Source: an uncultured Bacilli bacterium (GTDB lineage: Bacteria > Bacillota_I > Bacilli_A > RF39 > UBA660). Taken from it: DNA of 64,000 nucleotides. The notes under the pieces were generated by a model. The model did not search any database and was not told the DNA's origin. It worked only from the letters and a program-made list of their open reading frames with translations. Position 1 is the first letter of the stretch, and the number at the start of each line of letters is the position of its first letter. Made by a program: the position numbers and the translations under genes. This document shows, piece after piece, positions 9,176 through 18,119 of this stretch. The stretch covers positions 54,384 to 118,383 of the forward strand of contig CALVYF010000001.1 in NCBI GenBank assembly GCA_944372055.1, given 5' to 3'.

Positions 9176-10072
9176 TTAAAATCTATGACCTCCACCACCG
9201 TGACTTCTTCCACTACTTCCACGATGTGTAGAACTTCCGCCACCACTTCCACCACTACTATTACTTTGATAAATTGGTGTAACCGTAGTATGTGTAGATA
9301 CTAATCTATCATGTATTGTTTTAATATGAACAGAATCTTTTACTAAATATTCTCTAGAAGAAGTAGCTTTCCTAACTAACTTATTTTTACTAACCATAAT
9401 TTTAATTACAATAACTGTAATAATGAAAGGAATACCAAACACTAAGAAATAAGGAAACTTTCGAACCACTTCACCATCATTTAATATTTCATAATTACTG
9501 TCTTTATTACTAGGTAAACCTAATTCAAAATAGTTTTCTAAAGTATTTATTGTACCTAAAACTCCTTCATAATAATTACCATTACTAAACTCTAAATAAA
9601 TATTATCTAAACAAGAATTAATACGATAATCACTATAATAATCTATAGCTTGACCTGTTGTTGAAATATATATTTCTCTTGTATCCATATCTACTAAAAA
9701 TAATACTCCAGTATTACTACTACCAACACCAAAGTCATTGTAATCATAAAAGTCATCAGCATAACTTTGAGCACTATTTTTATTATTCTCACTTATTGTC
9801 ACAACAACAAAATCCATATTAGTTGTATCAATATACTTCGTAATTTTCTTATATATAGTATCTTCTTCACTATCACTTAATAATTCTGCAAAGTCATATA
9901 CTTTTTCACTAGCATCAACAGCTGGAGTTGCTAGAATATCATCTTGATTATAAGGAGTAAGAACCCCTTCTGAAACTAATAAATTATCCGTTGTTCTAGG
10001 AAAGGTATTAGTACTAGCTGATACAGGTAAAAAAACTGAAAAAAGTAAAATAAAGACAATTAACTTTTTCAT
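9176..10072 (-). CDS. secreted TPM-domain-like protein with TM anchor and Gly/Ser-rich C-terminal tail (YdjH-like)
   Basis: Signal peptide MKKLIVFILLFSVFLPVSAS, a C-terminal TM segment and a GGSGGGSSTHRGSSGRSHGGGGHRF tail, an architecture typical of TPM/YgcG-type proteins. The ATG at 10072 overlaps the upstream stop (ATGA). Confidence 0.45.
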   Translation of the reverse strand: MKKLIVFILLFSVFLPVSASTNTFPRTTDNLLVSEGVLTPYNQDDILATPAVDASEKVYDFAELLSDSEEDTIYKKITKYIDTTNMDFVVVTISENNKNSAQSYADDFYDYNDFGVGSSNTGVLFLVDMDTREIYISTTGQAIDYYSDYRINSCLDNIYLEFSNGNYYEGVLGTINTLENYFELGLPSNKDSNYEILNDGEVVRKFPYFLVFGIPFIITVIVIKIMVSKNKLVRKATSSREYLVKDSVHIKTIHDRLVSTHTTVTPIYQSNSSGGSGGGSSTHRGSSGRSHGGGGHRF

Positions 10073-11106
10073 ATTACCCCTCCTAAATATAGACCTAACA
10101 TAATAAGAAAACATACTAAATAAATTCCTAAACTCCATAAAATAGTTCTTAATGGACTAATAGGTAAATCTCCCACTATTTTACCAGTTTGCCCATTCAT
10201 CGCAAAAGTATATTGTTTATCATGAAACTTAGTATTAACCATAAATACCGGTAACAAAATATAATTAACTTCATTACTTTTAATATCTAAACTATGACTA
10301 GTCATCGTAGAAGTTTGATGTCTAACTTTTTCCTTTACTAAACTTATTGTAGTATTAACAGTTCTCTCTTTTGCTCTTAAAATAGCTGTATCATTATCTA
10401 CATCATATTTTTCAGATAAAAATCCCGCTAAAAAAGCTTGATTATAACTTATTAATTCTTGGTAATCAAAAGGTTCTAAAGAATCCATCAAATCATCAGA
10501 AAATCTAGAAGAACCATCTGCTAATACTTTATCATAACTCATCTCTCCAGAACATGTAACATGAAATCTATCTGTTTTAGTATAACGATTACGTACATCA
10601 CTCCAAGTATGAACATCTGTTGCACTAAAATTTATCTTACCTGAAACATAAAAATCATAAGCCCAAAAAGGAATATAAATACCGGTTATTTTTTCTATAT
10701 TTTTTTTCGTTTTAAACTCTCTAGGAACTAATGGTTTATATTTAACAACCCTAACAAAAGCTTTAACTGCATCATCTTTTACTTTTTTAAAAGGAATGAT
10801 GTAATCTGGGATTCTACTATTATGAATACGATCCTTTAATATTGCTGTATTTCCACAATAAACACAAAATGTTGCTGTCATATTTTCATCAGCTATTATC
10901 TCAGCACCACAACTCTCACAACGATAAACATCTTTATCTTCAACTAAAATATCTTTTTTAACAACATTTTCTTTTTGATTTTTTTCTAACTCTTCTAACT
11001 GAAACTCTCCCCCACAATAAGAACATACCCAGCATTGTTTTTCAGCCGAAAATGGAATATCAGCACCACATCCAGGACATTTATAATTAACTGCACTTGA
11101 CTGCAT
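10069..11106 (-). CDS. zinc-ribbon protein (YdjG-like)
   Basis: The N-terminus carries two C-x2-C...C-x2-C ribbons (KCPGCGADI...CWVCSYCGG and YRCESCGAEI...CVYCGN) and there is a C-terminal TM helix. First gene of a three-gene operon with the TPM-like and SPFH genes. Confidence 0.45.
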   Translation of the reverse strand: MQSSAVNYKCPGCGADIPFSAEKQCWVCSYCGGEFQLEELEKNQKENVVKKDILVEDKDVYRCESCGAEIIADENMTATFCVYCGNTAILKDRIHNSRIPDYIIPFKKVKDDAVKAFVRVVKYKPLVPREFKTKKNIEKITGIYIPFWAYDFYVSGKINFSATDVHTWSDVRNRYTKTDRFHVTCSGEMSYDKVLADGSSRFSDDLMDSLEPFDYQELISYNQAFLAGFLSEKYDVDNDTAILRAKERTVNTTISLVKEKVRHQTSTMTSHSLDIKSNEVNYILLPVFMVNTKFHDKQYTFAMNGQTGKIVGDLPISPLRTILWSLGIYLVCFLIMLGLYLGGVI

Positions 11107-11142
11107 ACACATCACCTATCATATATAGAATAGCATAATCCT

Positions 11143-11170
11143 CCAAAAAAAAGAAGAGATTTACTCTTCA
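11143..11170 (-). terminator. intrinsic terminator overlapping the stop of a small upstream ORF, directly 5' of the ydjG-like start
   Basis: Minus-strand RNA GAAGAGUAAAUCUCUUC followed by U8, then a GGAGG RBS and the operon start. There is no room for a promoter between the terminator and the first gene. Confidence 0.45.
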
Positions 11171-11301
11171 ATCTTTTTAAAACTAGATTCTTTATCAACA
11201 ACTTCAACTAAAATTTTCCCTTCCCTTGAATTAGAATCAATATAAATATTTTTCATAGCAGATTCCTGCCCTACCACTTCACATCTTTTCTCTTCTTCCA
11301 T
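11161..11301 (-). CDS. small acidic ORF (46 aa), possible leader peptide or small protein
   Basis: MEEEKRCEVVGQESAMKNIYIDSNSREGKILVEVVDKESSFKKIEE. GGTGA RBS 4 nt upstream of the ATG at 11301. Its stop codon lies inside the terminator hairpin. Confidence 0.2.
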   Translation of the reverse strand: MEEEKRCEVVGQESAMKNIYIDSNSREGKILVEVVDKESSFKKIEE

Positions 11302-11354
11302 TCTATCACCATTAAATAGTATGCCAAAAGAAAAAAGAAATATACCAATATTTC

Positions 11355-12638
11355 TTATTCTGCTTTAATAACTTCTTTTCCACCCATATATGGTTGTAAT
11401 ACTTTAGGAATTTTTATACTTCCGTCTTCTTGATAATTATTTTCAATGAAAGCAATCAATCCACGAGGAGTCGCAACAACAGTATTATTCAAAGTATGTA
11501 AGAAATAAGTACCTTTTTCACCCTTCTTACGAATGCCAAGACGTCTAGCTTGTGCATCTCCTAAATTAGAACAACTTCCAACTTCAAAGTATTTCTTTTG
11601 TCTAGGACTCCATGCTTCAATATCACAAGACTTAACTTTCAAATCAGCTAAATCACCACTACAACATTCAAGTTGTCTTACTGGAATATCTAAACTTCTA
11701 AAGAAGTCCACAGTTAATTTCCACATCTTTTCATACCAATCCATAGATTCTTCAGGTTCACAAATAACAATCATCTCTTGTTTTTCAAATTGATGAACAC
11801 GATAAAGCCCTCTTTCTTCCAATCCATGAGCTCCACCCTCTTTACGGAAACAAGGAGAATAACTTGTCATATGAATAGGAAGTTCACGATCTTTAATTAT
11901 CTGATCTTTAAACTTACCAATCATAGAATGTTCTGAAGTTCCAATTAAATATAAATCTTCTCCCTCAATCTTATACATCATAGCTTCCATCTCTGGGAAA
12001 GACATAACACCAGTAACAACATCACTATGAATCATAAACGGTGGAATTGCATAAGTAAATCCAGCATCTATCATAAAGTCTCTAGCATAAGCAAGCATTG
12101 CTTCATGAAGACGTGCAATATCACCAAGTAAATAATAAAATCCTTGTCCACTAGTTCTACCAGCCGCATCTTTATCCATACCTTGAAGTCTTTCAATGAT
12201 ATCAGCATGATATGGAATCTCATACTCTGGAACTACAGGATCACCAAATTTTTGTACTTCTACATTTTCACTATCATCTCGACCAATAGGTACAGATGAA
12301 TCCATAATTTGTGGAATTACCATCATACGGTCTTTAATTTCACGAGAAAGTTCTTCTTGTTCCTTCTCCAAAGCACTAATTTCATCAGCAGTCTTCGCAA
12401 TATCAGCTTTAATTTTTTCAGCTTCATCCCTTTTTCCATCTTTCATTAACTTACCAATTTCGCCACTCATACGATTCTTATCAGCTTTTAATCCGTCAGC
12501 TTTAACTTGTACTTCACGTACTCTCTTATCCATTTCATAAACTTCATCTACCAAAGGAAGTTTTTCATCTTGAAATTTATTTTTAATATTTTCCTTTACT
12601 AAATCCTTATTTTCTCTAATTAATTTAATATCTATCAT
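11355..12638 (-). CDS. serS: seryl-tRNA synthetase
   Basis: 427 aa with an N-terminal coiled-coil arm and class II motifs (…FRKEGGAHGLEERGLYRVHQFEKQEM…). Confidence 0.95.
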   Translation of the reverse strand: MIDIKLIRENKDLVKENIKNKFQDEKLPLVDEVYEMDKRVREVQVKADGLKADKNRMSGEIGKLMKDGKRDEAEKIKADIAKTADEISALEKEQEELSREIKDRMMVIPQIMDSSVPIGRDDSENVEVQKFGDPVVPEYEIPYHADIIERLQGMDKDAAGRTSGQGFYYLLGDIARLHEAMLAYARDFMIDAGFTYAIPPFMIHSDVVTGVMSFPEMEAMMYKIEGEDLYLIGTSEHSMIGKFKDQIIKDRELPIHMTSYSPCFRKEGGAHGLEERGLYRVHQFEKQEMIVICEPEESMDWYEKMWKLTVDFFRSLDIPVRQLECCSGDLADLKVKSCDIEAWSPRQKKYFEVGSCSNLGDAQARRLGIRKKGEKGTYFLHTLNNTVVATPRGLIAFIENNYQEDGSIKIPKVLQPYMGGKEVIKAE

Positions 12639-12640
12639 AT

Positions 12641-13594
12641 CTATACCTCTTTTCTAAATAATTGATTGTAACTATTTTCATATAATATTTTATTAATCTC
12701 TTCTATACTTAAATATTTTTCTAGTAATCCCTTGATTTCATTATAAACATTTGCATATCTAAATACTTGAATATCTTCACCATACTCAAGCAAAGCAGTA
12801 TCTGATTTAAACAAAACAAGATCAAACTTCATATCATCAGTAGATACCCCAATAGCATCAATTCCAAGTAAATCTTTAACATGTAAAATATGTTTTACAT
12901 ACAACCTCTTTAATTCATCTAAATTCTCACTCGAGGAGACAAAAGGCCCATAAGAAACAAGCCCAACAACAGGATTTAATTCCCTAAGTAATAACAATTG
13001 TTCATCTGTTAAATTTCTTGGATGAGAATATAAATCATAACAATTAGAATGACTGACAATAACTTTCACATCTCTACCTTTCTTTTTTTCTTCTTTTAAT
13101 AAAGAAACGGTATCAGAAAAAGTTTTTGTATTCATATGAGATAAATCAATACTGATACCAAGCTCTATAGCCTTTTTTAAAAAGTCCTTACCATCCTCAC
13201 TAAGTCCATTACTACTACGATTACCAGAACCATACTTATTTTTGTTATTCCAAACAAGTAAAATATTACGAAGCCCCAATTGAAAAAGTTCCTCTAATTG
13301 AGAAAGATTATCAATATAATCACAACCTTCAATACTATAAACAGCATCCAACTCTGGAAAATATTTACGAAATAAAGTTGTTGCAATACGAAACATCTCT
13401 ACTACATCAATCGGTTCATAAAACTCACCTAGTTCTTCTTTCATTTCTTCTTCACTCATAAAATAAAGATTAGCAACTACTCCTCGAACCCCGTTATTTT
13501 GATAATACTTCTGAATAGTTTCTATATAACTAAAATCATTCTTTTTATAACAATAATATAAAATAGATAATAAATCATAATGTAAATCTATCAT
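12641..13594 (-). CDS. membrane dipeptidase (peptidase M19) family protein
   Basis: MIDLHYDLLSIL... (DxHxD-type start) and the overall length fit renal-dipeptidase-like M19 enzymes. The true start is the internal ATG at 13594; the upstream part of the ORF-track ORF is the translated T-box terminator. Its stop abuts the serS start, so the two genes form an operon. Confidence 0.6.
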   Translation of the reverse strand: MIDLHYDLLSILYYCYKKNDFSYIETIQKYYQNNGVRGVVANLYFMSEEEMKEELGEFYEPIDVVEMFRIATTLFRKYFPELDAVYSIEGCDYIDNLSQLEELFQLGLRNILLVWNNKNKYGSGNRSSNGLSEDGKDFLKKAIELGISIDLSHMNTKTFSDTVSLLKEEKKKGRDVKVIVSHSNCYDLYSHPRNLTDEQLLLLRELNPVVGLVSYGPFVSSSENLDELKRLYVKHILHVKDLLGIDAIGVSTDDMKFDLVLFKSDTALLEYGEDIQVFRYANVYNEIKGLLEKYLSIEEINKILYENSYNQLFRKEV

Positions 13595-13599
13595 AAACT

Positions 13600-13846
13600 C
13601 ATCTCCTAAAACCAAAAAAAGAATAGTACAAGGAGTGCAAAGCACGGTACCATCCTTTTCTTTAACTCAAAGTATAACGGACTTCTCCGGAAATAATTCA
13701 TCTATAGAGTAGATAAATAAGACTTTAATATCGTTTTCACCAACCACGATTTCTCTACAATTAAAGATTCTTATTATTAGTTCTAATCACCGATTTGTAA
13801 ATAGTATATTACTTTTTTTTAATTTTATCAACCATTTTAATAAAAT
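13600..13846 (-). promoter_or_regulatory. T-box riboswitch leader upstream of the dipeptidase-serS operon
   Basis: The minus-strand RNA contains AAAGAAAAGGAUGGUACCGUGC, which matches the T-box consensus AAnnnGGGUGGUACCGCG. This is followed by the hairpin GUGCUUUGCAC and a U7 tract, a terminator that competes with the antiterminator. The upstream stem I candidate is UAGAG...AUCGUGGUUGGUGAAAACGAU...AAAGUCUUA...CUCUA. The specifier could be AGU or UCU (Ser) or GUC (Val); it is not resolved. Confidence 0.55.
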
Positions 13847-14335
13847 TTAAACTGTAATTAATACTTGTTTTAATCGATACGCTTCTTCTTGATACTTATT
13901 AATAAAATAACATCGTTTCTCTTCATCCAATCTATTTAAACGTTCTAAACTCAAATGATCCATAATATCAGCGTATTTAACTTTAAGAGCTTCAATATTA
14001 TTAGTTTCAATAATTTCACTAATCCAATCATGATAACATTTCTTTTTACTTTTATCTTTCGTTACAATTCTAACGATTTCAACAATATCATTAGAAAAAC
14101 CTAAAGTTTTCAAATCATCCAAAGTAAAATTAGAAATATCTTCAACAACATCATGAAGTAATCCTGCAATTTTAGTATTAGTAGAATCCAACATCTTGCT
14201 AACACAAATCAAATGATCTATATAAGGCATCCCAGCCTTATCTGTTTTATCACGAAATAGATAAGAAACTAACTGATATGCTCTATCATAATCATCTTTA
14301 ATCTTTTTAAATTTTAAAACTTCACTAGCTATCAT
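13847..14335 (-). CDS. HD-domain hydrolase (RelA/SpoT-type HD, small alarmone hydrolase-like)
   Basis: The motifs ...HLICVSKMLD...GLLHDVVED... are HD signatures like the (p)ppGpp hydrolase domain. About 162 aa from the internal ATG. Confidence 0.55.
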   Translation of the reverse strand: MIASEVLKFKKIKDDYDRAYQLVSYLFRDKTDKAGMPYIDHLICVSKMLDSTNTKIAGLLHDVVEDISNFTLDDLKTLGFSNDIVEIVRIVTKDKSKKKCYHDWISEIIETNNIEALKVKYADIMDHLSLERLNRLDEEKRCYFINKYQEEAYRLKQVLITV

Positions 14336-14357
14336 AATACACCTACTCACTAAAAAA

Positions 14358-15464
14358 TTATTTTTTACAAAGAATTGCCCCTTCTGGAAGAGAAACATCA
14401 TCAGGACTTATATCACTTTCATGAGAAGAAAAAACATGTTCTCCATCAGTCAAATTATAAGATACAACTATTTTATCTTTGGAATTCTTAATATGAAAAT
14501 AACCAGAGATTTTCTTTCCATTTAAAGAAGAACGAATAGGAATAGGATAATTCTGAATATCGGAAAGATTAGTAACAGAAACATAATATTCTAATAACGA
14601 AGATTCAGTATCATCACAAGAATAAATACCATCATAAAAATCTTGTTTCACTGTGCCAGCAACCCTATCAATGTCCTTCATAACAAAATAATTAGCTACA
14701 TCATAGGAAAATGGTAATTGCGTAAATCCCAAAAATAAAAGAAAGACAACTATAGAACAAATAAAAGCAGGTATTTTAGTATTTCTTTTTTTACCTTTTT
14801 CTACATATTTTTTATACTTTTTTCCAGGTCCACTATAGACTGCCCTATCACTAAAAGCAATAATTGGTAACATAATAAATGGAAAAAGTAAAGTGAGCGC
14901 CCCGCTCTTTCCAAAACATTTTCCTATTTTATATGTAGTATAAAGAAGATAAACAAATCCAACAACAGGAATGAAAGTAATTAAAAATAACCAGCCATTA
15001 CCAAGCGCAATATCAAAATAGGCATATTGGCCATAAAAAGGAACAAAAGAAACAAAACCTGAATAACCACCTTTCATATAAATGGATATGGTAGTTAAGA
15101 TAGCAAATACAAAAACAAAAAACAACAAACACAACCAAAAAATCATTGTAAAAGAATAAGGAAAAACAAAATAATAAATAGCTGCTAAACAAAGAGTTAT
15201 AACAAAAAGTAATCCTACCATAACTCTAGTATCTACATATGTATTTTTTTTATCAGTAGCAGAAAGATCTGCATAAGTTTTACCAGCAATTCCCATAATT
15301 TCATTAGCTACTTTTTGATATTCTTCATTTGCTTGTTCAAACTCTTGCTCGGTAATATAATTTTTCATTTTTTGATTATCTGGATGTTCATAATTTAAAG
15401 CACCACATTTCATACAATAACGCTGCTTAGAATTTAATGTAGTACCACAACGAGGACAAACCAT
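14358..15464 (-). CDS. membrane protein with N-terminal zinc ribbon
   Basis: MVCPRCGTTLNSKQRYCMKCGALN, then a charged region, 5-6 TM helices and a ~130-aa C-terminal extracytoplasmic domain. Confidence 0.4.
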   Translation of the reverse strand: MVCPRCGTTLNSKQRYCMKCGALNYEHPDNQKMKNYITEQEFEQANEEYQKVANEIMGIAGKTYADLSATDKKNTYVDTRVMVGLLFVITLCLAAIYYFVFPYSFTMIFWLCLLFFVFVFAILTTISIYMKGGYSGFVSFVPFYGQYAYFDIALGNGWLFLITFIPVVGFVYLLYTTYKIGKCFGKSGALTLLFPFIMLPIIAFSDRAVYSGPGKKYKKYVEKGKKRNTKIPAFICSIVVFLLFLGFTQLPFSYDVANYFVMKDIDRVAGTVKQDFYDGIYSCDDTESSLLEYYVSVTNLSDIQNYPIPIRSSLNGKKISGYFHIKNSKDKIVVSYNLTDGEHVFSSHESDISPDDVSLPEGAILCKK

Positions 15465-15520
15465 AGAACTAACCTCCTATCATTATTAAGTTTATCACGA
15501 CACATTCAAAAAAAAAAGAC

Positions 15521-15781
15521 CTATTTGGCCTCAATAATTAATTTAATAGCAGTACGCTCTTCTCCATCAATTGCAATATCTTGAAAAGCAGGAATACAGA
15601 CTAAATTTTTCCCAGAAGGAGCAACAAACCCTCTAGCAATCGCTATTGCTTTAATTGCTTGATTTAATGCACCAGCACCAACTGCTTGAATTTCTGCAGA
15701 ACCTTTTTCTCGAAATACATTAGCAAGAGCACCTGCCACACTATTGGGATTAGACTTACTACTAACTTTTAATGTTTCCAT
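15521..15781 (-). CDS. spoVS: stage V sporulation protein S
   Basis: 86 aa, METLKVSSKSNPNSVAGALANV...IQAVGAGALNQAIKAIAIARGFVAPSG...CIPAF..I.IDGEERTAIKL. Near-identical in pattern to SpoVS. Confidence 0.9.
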   Translation of the reverse strand: METLKVSSKSNPNSVAGALANVFREKGSAEIQAVGAGALNQAIKAIAIARGFVAPSGKNLVCIPAFQDIAIDGEERTAIKLIIEAK

Positions 15782-15842
15782 AAATATTAATTCCTCTCTT
15801 TCTATACATTTAATATATGAACAAGAAGAAAAAATATGATAT

Positions 15843-16862
15843 CTATTTTATATATTTCATAAGCTCTTCAGTAATAACTTCATACCCTTCATCACTAATG
15901 TGTAAACCATCTTTAGAATAATCATCAAACAATTGATCTTTATCACTGTCAGGATCAAGTAACAAATCATACATATCAATAAAAGTAACATCGTTTTTCT
16001 TACAATATTTTTCTAAACTATCATTAATAGACTGAATTTCCTTATTCGTTCTACTTTGTGCCCCACTGCTACCTTCAATAACAGGATAAATAGCTTCTAA
16101 ATAAATCTTCGCATATGGCCTATTTTTCTTTAACTGTGACAAAATATCTTCTATGTTTTGAACAATTTCTTCTTCCTTAACACCAGCTTGAATATCATTT
16201 GTTCCAATTAGCAAAAACACCTTAGAAGGATTATATTGATATGCTCGTTCCTCTAAATTGTCTAAAATACTTTTCGTTTGATTACCACTAATCCCACTAT
16301 TAACAACAGGTAAATCATGATAATATTCATCTAAATCATATTGCTCCGTAATAGAATCCCCTAAAAACAAATAATTATCATCCATTACAACAACTTCTTC
16401 TTTCTTAGTAATAACTTTTACTTTCTCTGGTCGCATAAAAAGGAAAACACAAATACCCAATAAAACTAAAATAGAAAAAATTACTAAAAATCGACTAAGA
16501 TGAGTATTAGAACGATGCTTCTTTTCTCTTTTTTGTTGCTGCACTTTTTCTTTCTCATAAGACTGAGCTAATTCATCAACAATTTGCTCTTTTTTCTTTC
16601 TTCTATTTTCAACAAAACTAGTATCAATTTCATCAGAAAATTTCATTTCATCAAAAGCTTGCTTAGTAATACTAAAATCTAAATCATTCGCTTTTTTATG
16701 ATAAGAATCCCTTCTATTCTTAGTATGATTCTTATAATGATTATTAGAATTAGTTCTATTAGAACCTTTAAAATTCTTATTATATTTAGAACTACGTCTC
16801 CTATTATTAGTATTAGAATTACTACGATAATTTTCGTTATTCATACGATTCCTCCTAACCAT
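15843..16862 (-). CDS. membrane-anchored SGNH/GDSL hydrolase with highly basic N-terminal tail
   Basis: The C-terminal domain has LFLGDSITE and ...GTNDI... motifs (SGNH blocks I and III). There is one TM helix. The N-terminal ~100 aa are Arg/Lys/Asn/Ser-rich low complexity. Confidence 0.55.
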   Translation of the reverse strand: MVRRNRMNNENYRSNSNTNNRRRSSKYNKNFKGSNRTNSNNHYKNHTKNRRDSYHKKANDLDFSITKQAFDEMKFSDEIDTSFVENRRKKKEQIVDELAQSYEKEKVQQQKREKKHRSNTHLSRFLVIFSILVLLGICVFLFMRPEKVKVITKKEEVVVMDDNYLFLGDSITEQYDLDEYYHDLPVVNSGISGNQTKSILDNLEERAYQYNPSKVFLLIGTNDIQAGVKEEEIVQNIEDILSQLKKNRPYAKIYLEAIYPVIEGSSGAQSRTNKEIQSINDSLEKYCKKNDVTFIDMYDLLLDPDSDKDQLFDDYSKDGLHISDEGYEVITEELMKYIK

Positions 16863-16934
16863 AAAGAAAAAGGTAATACTTACCTTTTAAATTACAAAAA
16901 GATTATACATCATAAAAAACAAAATAGTCAATTT

Positions 16935-18119
16935 CTAATGAAAAGAAAAAGTAAATTTTCCAGCAACTAAATCGCAAATACCTTTACCCAAGAGTTGTAA
17001 AAAAGAAAGTTGTGATATAGATTCTGAAGATGTAAGCGCTACTGTAGTAACTTGCTTACCTTTATCTTTAACAATAACATTCCCAAGAACATCGCCTTTT
17101 TTCACTGGTAAATCAAATTCCTTTATTTCAATAGAATAAGTATACTCTTTTTTAGAATTAGACTTTTCAGTTAATACACCAATATCAGATATAGGAACAA
17201 AAGAAATACTACTCTTCGTTGCTTTATCCAAAGGAATCGTTTTAAGAACTTCATCCTTTGACTGAATCAAATCCATTTGATAATGATTAAAACCATAATC
17301 TAACAAACTCATTACTTCTTGATTTCGAACATTACTATTCTCTTCTCCTAAAACAATTGCAATAAAGCGAAGATTATTCTTTTTAGCAGTAGCAGCCAAA
17401 CAATATTTAGCAGCATCTGTATGCCCCGTTTTTAATCCATCAGCGCCTTCATAAAAACGTACCAATTTATTAGTGTTAACTAACCAAAATTTATTGGCTG
17501 TATCCTCTCTCAAATAATCTTCATAAACGGAAGAAAATTCCAAAATTTCTGGATAATTAACTACTAACTCTCGAGCAATCATCGCCATATCATAGGCACT
17601 AGAATAATGTCCCTCTTCATCAAGACCAGTACAATTTTTAAAAACTGTATGTTTTAAACCTAATTCTTTTACTTTTTGATTCATCTCTTTAACAAAAGCT
17701 TCCTCACTACCAGCTAACACCTCAGCCATTTGGACTGTTGCATCATTAGCGCTGGCCATGGATATTCCTTTAAATAAATCTCGAATACTGATTTTTTCTC
17801 CTACACCTAAATAAATCTGAGATCCACCCATATCACTAGCATTCTGACTGACAGTAACGACATCATCCCACGAAATTTTATCATCTCGTATAGCATCCAA
17901 AATTAATATTTGTGCAACCATCTTAGTCATAGAAGCTACTGCAACTTCTTTATCTGCTTCTTTAGAAAATACTATCTTCCCACTACTGGCTTCCATTAAA
18001 ACACCACTAACCGCACCAGGAATCAGTTCAGTTTCCACACTCTCTTCTGCCGAAACTGGAATAATAAATAAACTATTAAAAACAAAAGAAAGTGAAAATA
18101 TAAACACTAAATATTTCAT
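16935..18119 (-). CDS. D-alanyl-D-alanine carboxypeptidase (PBP5-type, DacA/DacF-like)
   Basis: Signal peptide, an SMTK (SxxK) active-site motif, an SAN-type motif (…ISMASANDATV…) and a KTG motif (…LKTGHTDAA…). Start at the ATG at 18119 with a GGAGGT RBS. Confidence 0.8.
   Translation of the reverse strand: MKYLVFIFSLSFVFNSLFIIPVSAEESVETELIPGAVSGVLMEASSGKIVFSKEADKEVAVASMTKMVAQILILDAIRDDKISWDDVVTVSQNASDMGGSQIYLGVGEKISIRDLFKGISMASANDATVQMAEVLAGSEEAFVKEMNQKVKELGLKHTVFKNCTGLDEEGHYSSAYDMAMIARELVVNYPEILEFSSVYEDYLREDTANKFWLVNTNKLVRFYEGADGLKTGHTDAAKYCLAATAKKNNLRFIAIVLGEENSNVRNQEVMSLLDYGFNHYQMDLIQSKDEVLKTIPLDKATKSSISFVPISDIGVLTEKSNSKKEYTYSIEIKEFDLPVKKGDVLGNVIVKDKGKQVTTVALTSSESISQLSFLQLLGKGICDLVAGKFTFSFH

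Noticed and set aside
9176-11115. Prophage remnant, because YdjG is historically annotated as a phage replication protein and YdjI as resembling a viral core protein
   Set aside because: There are no integrase, terminase, capsid or att-like repeats nearby. The trio matches the chromosomal psp-associated ydjGHI module, and flanking genes are core housekeeping genes.
11533-11793. 86-aa plus-strand ORF inside serS
   Set aside because: It is antisense to serS.
15465-15520. Possible terminator after spoVS (GGCCAAAUAGGUC + U10)
   Set aside because: The stem is only 4 bp including a G-U pair. The U-tract is convincing but the hairpin is not, so I left it uncalled.
16698-16970. 90-aa Ile-rich plus-strand ORF
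   Set aside because: It is antisense to the SGNH hydrolase N-terminal region and reflects AT-rich codon bias.
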